From the NCBI GenBank assembly GCA_032718475.1, contig JAUCBJ010005842.1:1-54584 (forward strand): a stretch of 54,584 nt of DNA, read 5' to 3'. The notes below the pieces were generated by a model. It was not told where the DNA came from, made no database searches, and worked only from the letters and a program-made list of their open reading frames with translations. Source of the stretch: Nemertoderma westbladi. Lineage: Eukaryota > Animalia > Xenacoelomorpha. Position 1 is the first letter of the stretch. The number at the start of each line of letters is the position of its first letter. This document shows, in pieces, positions 1 through 11,931 of the stretch. The translations under genes were made by a program, and so were the position numbers.

Positions 1-618
1 TTAATCCAGGACCAAGGGCGTCCTTATCCCAGAACGAAGGGGGTCCTAGTTACAGGACCAGATTTGCCCTAGAAAGAGGGTCTATGCAGCTACAGGTGGC
101 ACCTCCTTTATGCTGCATGGAGGTGGCAAGTTTTCTTGATCAATGACCTAGAATACCTGACCTGACCTGAGATTATATCTACCAGAATAATACATTAACT
201 ACTGTAGAAAGCCAGCAAGCTGATTTGAAACGAACCTGCCCCTCAAACCAGTACCCCGAGTGAGCAGTTCTATGAAAAGTCGACGAAGCTGAGGTCTATT
301 TTGATCTCCCAACCACTATTTTAGTAGAAGACCGATAGGTCTACTTACTGTACCAATTTTTTTACAAATCTTAATGAGATTGCATGAAATTTGAAACAGA
401 GATAGTTTCATCTCCCTCCTCCTTGCTGGGTGAACCAGAATTTTTATTTTCGCTTTCATTCTTTAGCTACAAGCTTTTGAAAATGGTGTCTCCGTCGATA
501 TTGCACCAGTTACACCGCAGTTATTCTTCAACCTTGTAGAGATTTGTAGTTACTAGTGGAAAGCTGGCCATGCAAGGATTCCAAATTATGTAAAAATATT
601 TGAATTTGGTTGGGAAAT

Positions 619-659
619 ATGCAAATTTCGAATGCCCATATGGCATTCGAAATTTGCAT
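619..659. repeat. Perfect inverted repeat (18-bp arms, 5-nt loop)
   Basis: ATGCAAATTTCGAATGCC-CATAT-GGCATTCGAAATTTGCAT read directly from the sequence. Confidence 0.9.
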
Positions 660-695
660 GTATTAGCTTCTGCTGCAGACCATTTATTCTATGAG

Positions 696-1006
696 GTGTC
701 TCATTGGTTCCCCCAAGCTTGACACTAGAACAAAATCGCCTCCGCTTTGCAGGACATTGCTTTCGCCGTGAGGACCAGCCAGTGCATAATCTTTGTACTT
801 TGGCAGCCTCATGGAGTGAATAAGCATGGTGGACAGCCCATGTCTTTCTTGCGACGCATATTAAAGGACACTGGCCTTGAAGATGCGGATGATCTAGCAA
901 ATGTCATGGGTGATAGGGAGTTGTGGCGGCGCAATTTTGTCGACAAGCCGGCACAGCATTCTTAAAAATGCAGCTGCAATGCATCATGCCGATCCTAGTA
1001 GTAGTA
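696..1006 (+). mobile_element. RTE-clade LINE 3' fragment (family B) with (TAG)n tail
   Basis: Encodes the RT C-terminal motif RLRFAGHCFR...LWQP with a frameshift and ends GATCCTAGTAGTAGTA. Near-identical to copies at 43305-43590 and 53126-53432. Confidence 0.85.
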
Positions 1007-1145
1007 ACTACTGTACACACAACCTATACCCGTATCGGTTACACCCCTATCTGCCTATCAGCTGTAGAAAATTTACTTTGCTTTATCTATCTGTCTATTG
1101 CTGGCTGGAGGACCTAACCAATCTGCCAATAGGCCTACAGCAAAA

Positions 1146-1763
1146 ACACGTTCGTGAGGCCTTCGCGAAGCACGAGAGTCTATAAGTACATTATACTAAT
1201 CACTATTAGATATACGAAAACCGTATTTCCCAAAGTATAATATGAGTGAATGGCTATGTTATCAGTTTGTGATAAACTAGTTATAAAAACAGAGATATAT
1301 TTCAGTTTGCCCTTACACACATTAACTGTCATTTGTAAACCTTCTAACTAGGGCTATTTAAGTTAAGTATGACATTTTTAGTTTTACAGTACTCTTCTCC
1401 TTTATTAGCCTCGTCGCGCTCGTCCTCTGTTTTGTGATAAAATAACTTTCCTAAACGAAGACTAACGACCTTTATAACTATGCAATGTATCGAAACTGTG
1501 AGAGAAACTGCTGATTTATGGCAGATGGATACTCGTATCCACTGTACTCGTTGCGTTCGTTCGTTGTTTACCAAACTTCCGATTATTTGTAAACTTTTGC
1601 CGGACTACATACGTACCAAGTTTCGTTAAATTTCATTAAGGAATAACCGAGTTATTAGCGATCAAAAATTTACGAAGACGACGACAGACGATGATGACAG
1701 ACAACTATCGTTAATGGCACATATATGCTAAGGCTTTCGCTCACTTCGTGGCTCGCCCCACAA
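1146..1763 (+). mobile_element. Non-autonomous Helitron/Helentron (HINE)-like element, copy 1
   Basis: 5' end ACACGTTCGTGAGGCCTTCGCGAAGC, core CATACGTACCAAGTTTCGTTAAA, GACGAC/GACAGAC microsatellite, and 3' end GCTCACTTCGTGGCTCGCCCCACAA. These blocks recur at 3890-4349, 32608 and 48351. The superfamily is inferred from structure. Confidence 0.6.
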
Positions 1764-2075
1764 CGCTAAGATGCCTATTACTGTATTAATGAATGTAACA
1801 TGACCTAGTGGGAGCGGTTTCTGGATATGGATCTAATTCTACGTTGTGCTTGCAGGTACAGCTTCTGTGCGTTGTGCTAGTCAGCCTGTTTGGCCTACAC
1901 ACGCCACTACCTACCGCTACCGGTCCGGTCAGTTTCCAGCATCTGACTGTCTGAGCATCCAGTGCACTTCAGTAACATCTACTTCTGACTTCAGCTTCAG
2001 TTCAGCAGTTAGGCCTATTTAGTTTATGCGGCGTACCGCAGTACTGCAGTAGGCCTACCGGTAATTGTTGTGAAA

Positions 2076-3056
2076 ATGGAGGGAATATTAATGCTATCAA
2101 TTCTTTCGTTATGTATGTTCGGAGGCTGTTTTATAGCGGGTTTAATCCCGCTGTCGATCTCACTGTCCGAGAGTAAACTGCACAGGATAACGGTGCTCGG
2201 TGCCGGTTTACTCGTGGGTACAGCGTTGAGCGTGATAATTCCGGAAGGAGTGAATTCCTTGTATACCAACAACCCGGACGCAGCTCCCGGCCACCAACAT
2301 TCTTTATCTCCGGTTCGGAGAAATCTCCACGAAGATGTGGTGGAGTCCCAGAAGGAAAACCCGTTCCTCGAAGTCGATAAAGATCCTGTAGTAATTATCG
2401 GGGATGGTTCAGCGCTGTCCGGATATCGAATAGAATTGCATAGCTACATCGGTATCTCTCTTGTCTTTGGCTTCGTGTTTATGTTGCTGGTGGATCAGTT
2501 AGGATCCCGGTTCCATTCCCCGCATCCCCCTGTGGCGTCCACTGTTCTTCCCGACGATACCCCGTCCAGCCCCACTTCCCCGCGTACTTCCCACTCGGTT
2601 CTCACCGCTACTATCGGACTCACGGTCCACGCCGCAGCCGATGGCGTAGCTCTGGGCGCCTCAGGCGCCACCACCCGTAGCGACGTGGAGCTTATCGTTT
2701 TCATCGCGATTATGTTGCACAAAGCCCCCGCCGCATTCGGTCTAGTAACTTTTCTCCTACACGACAGTTTAGACAGAAAGACTATCCGCAAACATTTATT
2801 AGTTTTCTCCCTAGCTGCTCCAGTCCTTGCAGTGTTTACTTTCCTTGCTTTGACTCAGTTTGGCGGCTCCACTGACGCCTACGGTACAGGAATAGCGATG
2901 CTGTTTAGCGCGGGGACTTTCCTGTACGTGTCCACCGTTCATATACTACCGGAAGTACAGGCCCGCAATAACGGACGTTTTAGTAAAGTAGATCTACTTA
3001 TATTGGTTGTCGGCTCGTTTCTACCTCTTTTATTGTCGGTCAGTCACAGCCATTAG
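2076..3056 (+). CDS. SLC39A9: Zinc transporter ZIP9 (ZIP subfamily I), single coding exon, 326 aa
   Basis: N-terminus MEGILMLSILSLCMFGGCFIAGLIPL...VLGAGLLVGTALSVIIPEGV, TM4 HAAADGVALGA, TM5 IMLHKAPAAFGL, LFSAGTFLYV and C-terminal HSH are all ZIP9 hallmarks. The first ATG is at 2076; the ORF track starts at an upstream GTG. Confidence 0.95.
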   Translation: MEGILMLSILSLCMFGGCFIAGLIPLSISLSESKLHRITVLGAGLLVGTALSVIIPEGVNSLYTNNPDAAPGHQHSLSPVRRNLHEDVVESQKENPFLEVDKDPVVIIGDGSALSGYRIELHSYIGISLVFGFVFMLLVDQLGSRFHSPHPPVASTVLPDDTPSSPTSPRTSHSVLTATIGLTVHAAADGVALGASGATTRSDVELIVFIAIMLHKAPAAFGLVTFLLHDSLDRKTIRKHLLVFSLAAPVLAVFTFLALTQFGGSTDAYGTGIAMLFSAGTFLYVSTVHILPEVQARNNGRFSKVDLLILVVGSFLPLLLSVSHSH

Positions 3057-3889
3057 TCGGGTGGAAGCAGATTATATTTTATTTAAGGCCAATAGAATAG
3101 GGTCGGTGCACGGAAAAATGGATAGCTAAGAAACAATTGAATAACGGAAAACAGAAGTGTCGTGATTCGAGTGTTTTATGTTCAAACTGAAGAAATTTGC
3201 AGAAAAAGATGCTATGCTATACATTAGAATGGTTTAAGTTAACGCGATAAGTCTTTCTAACGCATAATAATAACCGATAATGATTGGCTTCATATTCAAA
3301 TTGTTACAACTAAATCTATATTATTACAGATATGGTTTATTTCACGTAAGGCAGTAAGGGTTGACTTTCTTATGATTATCACCATATTAAATTATCTTAT
3401 GGTGCTGAACCGTATTTTTCTGCAATTCCTCCGCGTTTAACAAAAACTCACCATCCACTCACGGCATCTCGTTACCCATTATATATTCAAATATTGTTCA
3501 CTAGCCAAAAACATTTCCGCGCACCAACCCTTGTTTTTTTAGTGGTGTTTGTTTTGTGTCGTTTGGTGCTATGAATTACCATGACTTTTTATAAGAAGAT
3601 TAAGGAAAAATTACTCTATTAAGTTACCAATATTATTTAATTACGAAATGTTAACGTTACTTTTACTTAACTGCGTTACCTTTACCAAATTGTTTCGATC
3701 GATTTTCCGAAATTGTCGATCGATTATCGATTATTTTCGATTATTACCAATGTAAATAAAAACATTTCAATTAGTTATTGGTTACTAATAGAAACATTTT
3801 CTTCGTAAAAAGAAGATAATGCCTAATGTTTCAAAAAATTAACGCATGTAAAGTGGCACACTTCAATTTGCTGTTGTGAACGGTTTGTT

Positions 3890-4349
3890 ACACGTTCGTG
3901 GGGCCTTCGCGCAGCATGAGACTCAGTTAACCTGGGAAGCTGAATCCGAGTACTTTGATTGTATTTACAATACGCCGCCATGGGACTGAAAGAGGAAATG
4001 ACTTAGTTGGTACGCAAAAGCTCTACAATTTCGAAAATACAGAAACGAGATGTCGAAACTACATGAATAACAATTTGGTTTTATTTCAGCAAAGATTGGC
4101 CGACTTTTTTCGGTTTTTATCAAAAGTCTGAAACTAACGGTACCGACAGACAAACTGTCTGATTTTTGACCAAATTTTAGATTATTTCTAAACTTTTGAC
4201 GGGATTACATACGTACCAGGTTTGGTTTAATTTAATCAAGGAATTACCGAGTTATTGGCGCAGCAATCAAAAATTGAACGACGACGGCAGACAACTCGTT
4301 AATTGTACGTCTATGCTAAGGCTTCGCTCACTTCGAGGCTCGCACCACA
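3890..4349 (+). mobile_element. Non-autonomous Helitron/Helentron-like element, copy 2
   Basis: Same 5' end (ACACGTTCGTGGGGCCTTCGCGCAGC), core and 3' end (TATGCTAAGGCTTCGCTCACTTCGAGGCTCGCACCACA) as 1146-1763. Confidence 0.6.
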
Positions 4350-4789
4350 TTAATATTAATTAATTCATGGACTGTGAGAGGACAAATGCGGATATTAGTA
4401 TTAGAATACTGTGTATGTCCCTATGTATCTTTAGTTTTATTCCAAAAGTTTAACATTACAAAATAATTACAGAAAAATTAAATTAATAAAAAACAGTATT
4501 TGATGCTTTTTGTTTATAATGTTTGATTATTCCTTTATTCATTAATATAGTCAAAAATTATTCGAAAATCATCGCAAATGAGAAAAATTCGACCGATTAT
4601 TATCGACATTATTTTCTTATTATTTTGCACTTTTCGTTCGCTCGTGTAACAAATTATACGGATCATGTAAAGTGGCACTTTATAGACAAGTATGTAAATA
4701 GTTATAAGTCGTTGAAAACATTTATCCCTTTACAGTTTTTTGTTAAATTTTTACCAACTTAATTGTCGCCAAATCCCGTTGATTGTGAC

Positions 4790-4840
4790 ATTTGCGATGC
4801 AAAATTAGATTATAATATAATCTAATTTTGCATCGCAAAT
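4790..4840. repeat. Perfect palindrome (25-bp arms, 1-nt spacer)
   Basis: ATTTGCGATGCAAAATTAGATTATA-A-TATAATCTAATTTTGCATCGCAAAT. Confidence 0.95.
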
Positions 4841-6536
4841 TTACATAATATATTATATTATTTATGTATTATGAAATTAGAATTCATTTTAATTTAATAA
4901 TAATTTATACTAATTTGAGAACACATCCCTAATCATAGCAATTAATTACTAGGGAGGGATACATCTGGCCTCTGGGATTGTGAATGCAGCAGCAGTAAGA
5001 TTTTATTGCCGCATCAAAAATTATTAATTCTTTACATATAATTTATTTGCCAATACATGTGGTTCTGAATACTCTATCTAGAGTACCGGTACCTATTAAG
5101 TAAAGTAAAGTAACCGTGAAAGTGAAACCGGAAGAAACACAAAGGATTCTCTCTTGGCCGTTACCTGTAATACATGGATTGCAGAGACTGCCATTAATTC
5201 GAACATACATATGCGAAATAGCGCCACTGTAACTATTTTTTTATTTTTTTATATATAATATATATATATTATTTATTTATTGTATACAAGGATGTTATTA
5301 CGTTACTTTACAGTATCTTTTCAGGAATAACGTAGCTCAATAGTTTTCCGTAACGTAATAGCTTTTCAATACCGTAACGTAATTTTACTGTATATTTTTT
5401 TTTTCCGTAAACCGTAACGTAATAGCGTAATATTTGCTTTAGCTACCAAGCGATCATTTTGGACAAAAACCTTTCACTTTTACTTGCACGTTCTGGTTCT
5501 AGCTATTCAATATAAAGCTAAATTCTTTAATAGGTATTGTTTGTCTGTACACGGTCTTCTTATAGCCAGCTTCCTGTCTTCTCCAGTTATTTATGATGAA
5601 GTCCCCCTATCAATATTGCCAAAAGCTAATTCTACGCGCACTTCTTCAGTATAGGCTGCTTAGCAAGTACAACAACACAAAAACAACAGAAACTACACAT
5701 AGTACACAATAATAATAACTACATAAAACTATATGATACATGGCCTAAATAATAGTTTTAGGACTCATCTGTTTAGAGTTCCAGCAACACTATTAAAATT
5801 CGACCAATCTGAAGGCGACTAAATACAGAATTCTAGAACACAATAATTATCGTGCTGAGTTAATTTCCAAGATTGTATAAATTCATAGTTTATTTTAAGG
5901 AAAATAATAATAACGTTTTATACAGGAGTTAAGGGAATAAAGTAGTTTCCTAGCGACTAGAAGCAACTGCTGATTGTAGTTTAGTGCGAGTGTATCAAAT
6001 AATAATAATACTGGCTGATCATTCGGATGACGTTGTGATGTATGCGTTATGTAATAAGAAAACAATTTAACGAAACAAGTGAGTAATGGGTGGGATAGAT
6101 AAAATCAGAGGCAGGATCCCATCTCTGCCTCTCGCGATCTAGTGTCCTAACTAAGTATCGCACCGTAGTAGCATCACGAAAGGTACCTGAGGCCGTAAAA
6201 TGTTCGCTCAACGCTTACTTAAGTGGCTGGTAAGGCGATCGCCACCTCGGTGATTTCTTTTAGGACTTTAACGGGGTGAGACCACCTTTTAAATAAGTCC
6301 ACTTCCTTGGGGACCCGGGAAATATTCTCGAATGAGTATAAATCTCGTATAAATTGCCCCAATTGCTTCGCTGATTGAAACTGTAATTTTCCGATTTTTA
6401 GACAACAATAGGATGAGATTTTAAATATCTCTTTGTAGTCCTATATGGACATATTACGTTACGGTATTGTCGGTAATACGCAATTATTTTTTGCGGAATA
6501 CAGTAACGTAACGTAATTTGGAAATTATTCCGTAAT

Positions 6537-8960
6537 GACCCAGGTCGTTGACAAACCAACCCGCTTGAACAGTACCATCGATCTACTTATTACCAACGAT
6601 TTAGACTACATAGACAAAGTAAATGTGTATGGTACCAATTATTCAGACCACAATGTTGTACAAATTTTCACGAGTAAAATAGAAGCAAACACACAACAAA
6701 ATATAGAACGCAATAACGTACCGGTGCAAGGTTTTAAGAACCTGAACTTTATTTCTGAAAAAACTGATTGGGTATCCATGAAATCAGAAATTAAAGAAAC
6801 AGATTGGTCAGAATTATTTCGAGATAAAACGTCGGACCAAAAAGTTGAAATTTTGTTACAAAATTTAGAATCTATTTGCGAAAGTAACGTCCACCGAGAA
6901 AACCAATTTCAAAAGCAAAAATTCCCTTAGACAGACGGTCATTATTTAAAAAACGAACAAAGTTGTTGAAAAGAATAATAAATTCAACGTCAAAAGTGAA
7001 AATAGCCAAATTAAATTCCGATTTGACTAAACTCGATTCAGAGTTATATCTATCTCGCCAGCATGAATCAAAAAGGAACGAAATTAATGCCGTGAATAAG
7101 ATCAAAGTAAATCCGAAATTCTTTTTTTCCTTTGCTAACACGAAACGTAAGGATAAGGTAAATGTTGGTCCTTTTGTTATTAACGGCAAAATAGTTTCTA
7201 ATCCCGTTGATGTTTGTGAAACTTTACACGAACAATACCAATCAGTTTTTTCCAATCCAATTGCAGCTCTTAGGGTCTACTCACCCTCAGAGTTCTTTAA
7301 AGTCGATCAAGATACCAAACTAACTGATGTCCCGATTACATTAGAACTTATTATCATGGCTATTGATAAGCAATGTGCAGCCTCATCGGCAGGTCCTGAT
7401 GGTATTCCAGCTCTTCTACTCAAATCATGTAAGAATGAGTTGGCCCATCCCCTCTCTATAATCTATCAGGAATCATTATCATCTGGTATATTTCCATCTA
7501 CTTTTAAATTTGGACATATTACCCCAATATTTAAGAAAGGATCCCGACTGGAGCCAATTAATTATCGACCAGTAAGTCTTACATCCATCCTCTCAAAGAC
7601 CCTTGAACGTTTAGTAAGGTGGAGACTAGTAGAATATCTGGAGATAAATAACCTCCTTAATGTGACTCAGCATGGCTTCCGGGCTGGGCGTTCTTGTCTT
7701 TCCCAACTACTAGACCATTACACATACATTCTAGACTTGCTGGCAACGGCTGAAGGAGCCGATGTGATCTACCTTGACTTTGCCAAGGCATTTGACAAGG
7801 TAGACCACGGCGTCTTACTTCACAAAATTAAAAAACTTGGTATCAGCGGTAGTTTGGGAGTGTGGCTCGCAAACTTCCTAACAAATCGGTCCCAGAAAGT
7901 TGTAATAAACGGTGCCAGTTCCCATCCCCAACCCATCCTTAGCGGGGTTCCACAAGGAACGGTACTTGGACCCCTACTGTTCCTTATTATGGTTGGGGAC
8001 ATTAACACTAACACAAACAATAAATTATCATCATTTGCTGACGACACAAGAGTAACTGCTCCATCTCTTAACAATGATGACAATAATCTACAAAGAGATT
8101 TGAATACAATATATGATTGGGCTGTAAATAACAATATGCATCTGCATGGTGACAAATTTGAGCATCTGCACTACAGCAACAAACCCAAATCTCATCCACA
8201 CAATAGCTACACTTATATAAATTCTACTGGCGACCATTTGATAATAACTTCAGATCATGCAACTAAAGATCTAGGTGTGACCATGAGTGATAATGGGCGT
8301 TTTTCATTACATATCACAAACATTTGTAAAACCGGATCTCAGTTATGTGGCTGGATACTAAGGACATTTACAACCCGTAATGTAATCCCCATGGTTACGC
8401 TTTTTAATTCTCTCGTCCGTCCAAGACTCGAATATTGCTGCCAGTTGTGGAACCCAGCTACTGTAGCTGATATCCAAAAAATTGAAAATGTACAACGGGC
8501 CTACACCCGCCGCATATTTGGAATGAAGGACATAAATTATTGGGAACGCTTTAAAATGTTACGGTTATATTCGCTCGAGCGGAGGAGAGAAAGGTATATA
8601 ATAATATATACATGGAAAATTATCGAAAATAGAGTTCCAAATATTTCAGATCTAACCTATAAAATTAAATCTACAAAAAACATCCGCAGAGGTCGACTTT
8701 GTACCATACCTTCCCTTGCAAGTAAGGCTACATGTCGCGTCTCCTCTCTTATAGACAACAGTTTTTGTGTTATTGGACCTAAATTATTTAACACCATCCC
8801 AAAACATATAAGAGACTTGACAGGCTGCGCACTGGAGACTTTTAAAAAGCATCTTGATGCATATCTTTTCACCGTCCCAGATTGTCCAGGCTCGCCTGGA
8901 TACACTGACTCGAGACCTATCCAGTCAAACTCCCTAACTAAGGTACAAGTATTAAAATAA
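6537..8960 (+). pseudogene. LINE ORF2 (endonuclease C-terminus and reverse transcriptase), one frameshift near 6890
   Basis: APE motifs KPTR..IDL and SDH in 6535-6930. RT motifs NYRPVSLTS, QHGFR, YLDFAKAFDKVDH, GVPQGTVLGPLLF, FADD and LVRPRLEYC in 6963-8960. Confidence 0.92.
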
Positions 8961-9249
8961 ATTAAATGGACTACATTTCTTTCATTGCATTGTCCATTTA
9001 AACAGAAGAATTAGCCAGTTTTTGCACAATTTGTATACAATGTATATTTTTACTATAATGTTTTTTTTTTTTCTCATTATTAGTTATGTGCATTTTGTGC
9101 CTTATTTGCGTAATTTTTACAACTGTAGGCCCGTACTTAATTATTTGATATACTGCAGTTTTTAGGTTTATGTACTTAATTTGGTGTGCTCTACGAGTTC
9201 TACCGTGTGAATTTTAAATCGCTAAATATATATACAAGAATACAAGAAT
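6537..9249 (+). mobile_element. 5'-truncated CR1/L2-group LINE
   Basis: End of an APE endonuclease domain plus RT, a 3' UTR and an (ATACAAGA)2 tail. Flanked by the direct repeat GTAAT at 6532-6536 and 9250-9254. Confidence 0.9.
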
Positions 9250-9283
9250 GTAATATCGTAACTTAAAAAGTTCAGTTTTTCAA

Positions 9284-9347
9284 CCGTAACGTAACGTAAT
9301 ACCGTAACGTAACGTAACGTAACGTAACGTAACGTAACGTAACGTAA
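9284..9347 (+). repeat. (CGTAA)n microsatellite
   Basis: About 12 pentamer units adjoining the right TIR. Confidence 0.9.
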
Positions 9348-10935
9348 AACATCCTTGATTATTTATACTGTATATATATATATATTTAATTTGATTAGAG
9401 TTTGTTACATTATAGCTTTATACATCACATATATTAATTTAATAAGTAAAAAAAAAAACGGTAACTTACTAACTGGGGTTCTTTATTTACCCTTGTTTAT
9501 TGTTTTGGTTAGAATAGGAATAAACTGTTATTGTAACATGTTCTTACCTATTACGAAACATACTGTACATAACTTATGACTCACTACCCATTCTTACTGT
9601 AGTTTACTTTCATATGTTTCGGTGGAGTACGGTACCGCATCCATTCCCCTTCATTGTATTAAATGCTGTGATGTATAAATTTGGTCGGAGATTCATCATT
9701 TTAGGTTGAAATTTTTCTTTTTTTTAAAGATAAACCTTTAAATTCAACCCAATAAAAATAATGTGGTCGTCTGATTGTTTTGAATTGAATACCGGTATCT
9801 AAATGCGTGAAATCGAGTATGTTTGTTGAATTCCATCCGTTCTGTTCAGTTCTATTGTTCTCTGATAGAAATCATGATGTTATGATGTAAAATGGGCGTT
9901 TTCCATCTTTCGTTCAAAACCTCTTCTTTCACAAAGGCGCTTCCAACATTCCAGTGTATGCCACTTGAATTACACAATACTGGACGACACAGTGGTCGAC
10001 AAGGTTGGAATAGTTCCTTCAGGAATCAAACAGCCAATCAATAACTTGTTTTCTTCAAAAGTTTGGCAATTTTACATATCGGCTGTATCTTCCCCACATT
10101 CGAATACCATATTTTTTTATATTATGTGTCAAGGCCTTGTATAAAATGTGTAGGCCTATGCATCGTCTTTTCAAGTGCTAACCACTTTGAAACTGTTTTT
10201 GTTAATTTTTTGTATTGTTTCCGTATAACCTGACCTGAAAAACATTTATTCGTTTTTTTTAGGATCCAGCGAATTGAGGACCCTCAAAAACGGTATAACG
10301 TAATTTACAGGACACCCACCACCGAAAAAACAAGTTTAAGATTGCATTTGTGTTTTATATTTAATATGTATTCAATCGCGTTCAACACTAAAAAGGTGGC
10401 AGTTAGGTAGTGTTAAGAAATTTGCAACATTTTGCAAACCACTTTTAAGCACTAGTGGTAACTGTGCACAGCAAATTTGGTATATTGTTTCCGTATAATG
10501 CTGCATATGTTTTGTTATTCATACGCAGCATTCTGATGTATGTCTGAGAAGCATACCATAGATAGCGGCTGTATTGTAAGACTATCTCCGTGATTAGCCT
10601 ATCACAGCGCCTCCTCAATGCCATACTGAGCTCCCCTCCATGCCTGTTATATGTTTATTTTTTTATATAAGTTAGTTTAATTTCGCTGTGTTAGTTACAC
10701 AGAGAAAATATTTTTCACCCTGCTTCTCCGGATAAGCAGTTATCCAAAGCAGCGCCTAAATATTTAACTTTTTTATTTTCTATATTTCAAACTTAGTTAC
10801 TATATACTTTTTTTAAACTTTCGTTTGGAACCATACTTCTACTTGGTCGAGCGAACTCGGACAGTGGAAATGAGATCTTTCCAGGCTTCCTGATTCTCCA
10901 TAATTGTCGCAATTTCGTTTCTCTCAAGTCCAGTA

Positions 10936-11191
10936 TGTGAATACTCTACTGTATGGATCAACCACGAGATACTGTATTACTAGGAACCGACCCTATTGAC
11001 TAAAGTTATACGTGATACTGTACTCATGTTTTGTAGTGATGTGTACCGGTACTGGTTGAGGGTGTTGAGTACTGTGGTTAGAGTAGAAGAATCCGTACCT
11101 CAGCATAGCACTGTCTGACTGCCTATATAACTATATAACTATACTGCAATATACGTATTATATGATATACAATCATCTTATTATATTAACA
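10936..11191. mobile_element. Solo LTR (256 bp)
   Basis: Termini TGTGAATA...TATTAACA (TG..CA, 7/8 inverted match) and 5-bp TSD CAGTA (10931-10935, 11192-11196). The empty site is seen in the paralogous RTE near 45562. Confidence 0.8.
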
Positions 11192-11931
11192 CAGTATCCC
11201 TTTCAAGCTGGTCTATATATGTTTTAGCCAGTCGTCCACAGGTACGCTTTCCATGTGTTGGTTGCCAGAAAAATAGATCTGGTATGACCTCGTCTTTGCT
11301 TCTCCATTCTCCACCAGTGTCCACTGAATCTTAATCTGCATTCATGGAAGGTGGTTGATACAGGTGGTATTGTACCATAAAGCTCGGCGTTTGCCATGTG
11401 TTGTCTCCAGCTGATGTTTAGGGCTGCCCTTAGTAGTCTTGTGTAGCAACCATCAATTCGTTGTTCAAGTGATTTCGTCAGTGTCCAGGTCTCACCCCCG
11501 TATAAAAATACACTTTCCACTGTGGCTCGAAAGAACTTAGTCTTCATTTGCCTGGAGAGATCTGATTTCCAGATGGTACCCATTTTTGATAGAGCTACCC
11601 AAGCCTTTGCTTTCCTAACTTCTATGTCCTTTTTGCTACTCTCTATCCATGATCCAAGGTACTGGAAGTCATCGACCTTCCTTAGTTGATTATTATCAAT
11701 GGTTGTCAAGTTTCCATCAACATTAAAAGTCATGAATGCGGTCTTGGTAGCATTTATATGCAATCCAACCTCCTTAGCAGCCCTCTCCACTTTATTTAGT
11801 AGAAGCTGTGCATCTACTAGCGTATTAGGGAGCAGGGCGATGTCATCTGCAAAGTCGTGTGTCTTTGACTGTAGTCGCCGGATATCTACTACTGTACTTC
11901 TGCGTTCTAGTATTGTGAATCCCAGATCTTC

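Larger units (their letters stand above)
5287..9357. mobile_element. Non-autonomous TIR DNA transposon (hAT-like) with subterminal (CGTAA)n repeats, carrying nested insertions
   Basis: TIRs CAAGGATGTTATTACGTTAC (5287) and GTAACGTAAAACATCCTTG (ending 9357). CGTAA motifs cluster at 5300-5430, 6450-6535 and 9250-9346. The flanking 8-mers ATTGTATA and ATTATTTA match at 6 of 8 positions, a possible degraded TSD. Confidence 0.65.

Noticed and set aside
2024-2791. Antisense ORFs over ZIP9, and similar ones over the LINEs and the GPCR
   Set aside because: They are shadow ORFs of real coding frames with no independent protein features.
6535-6537. ATG start of the LINE ORF
   Set aside because: It is created at the junction of the GTAAT target duplication and a 5'-truncated element. 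Most of the endonuclease domain is missing.
9284-9347. Telomere-like (TTACG)n with a telomere-targeting LINE (SART/TRAS-like)
   Set aside because: The tract is short and adjoins a TIR, the RT looks CR1/L2-group rather than R1, and the repeat is not TTAGG.
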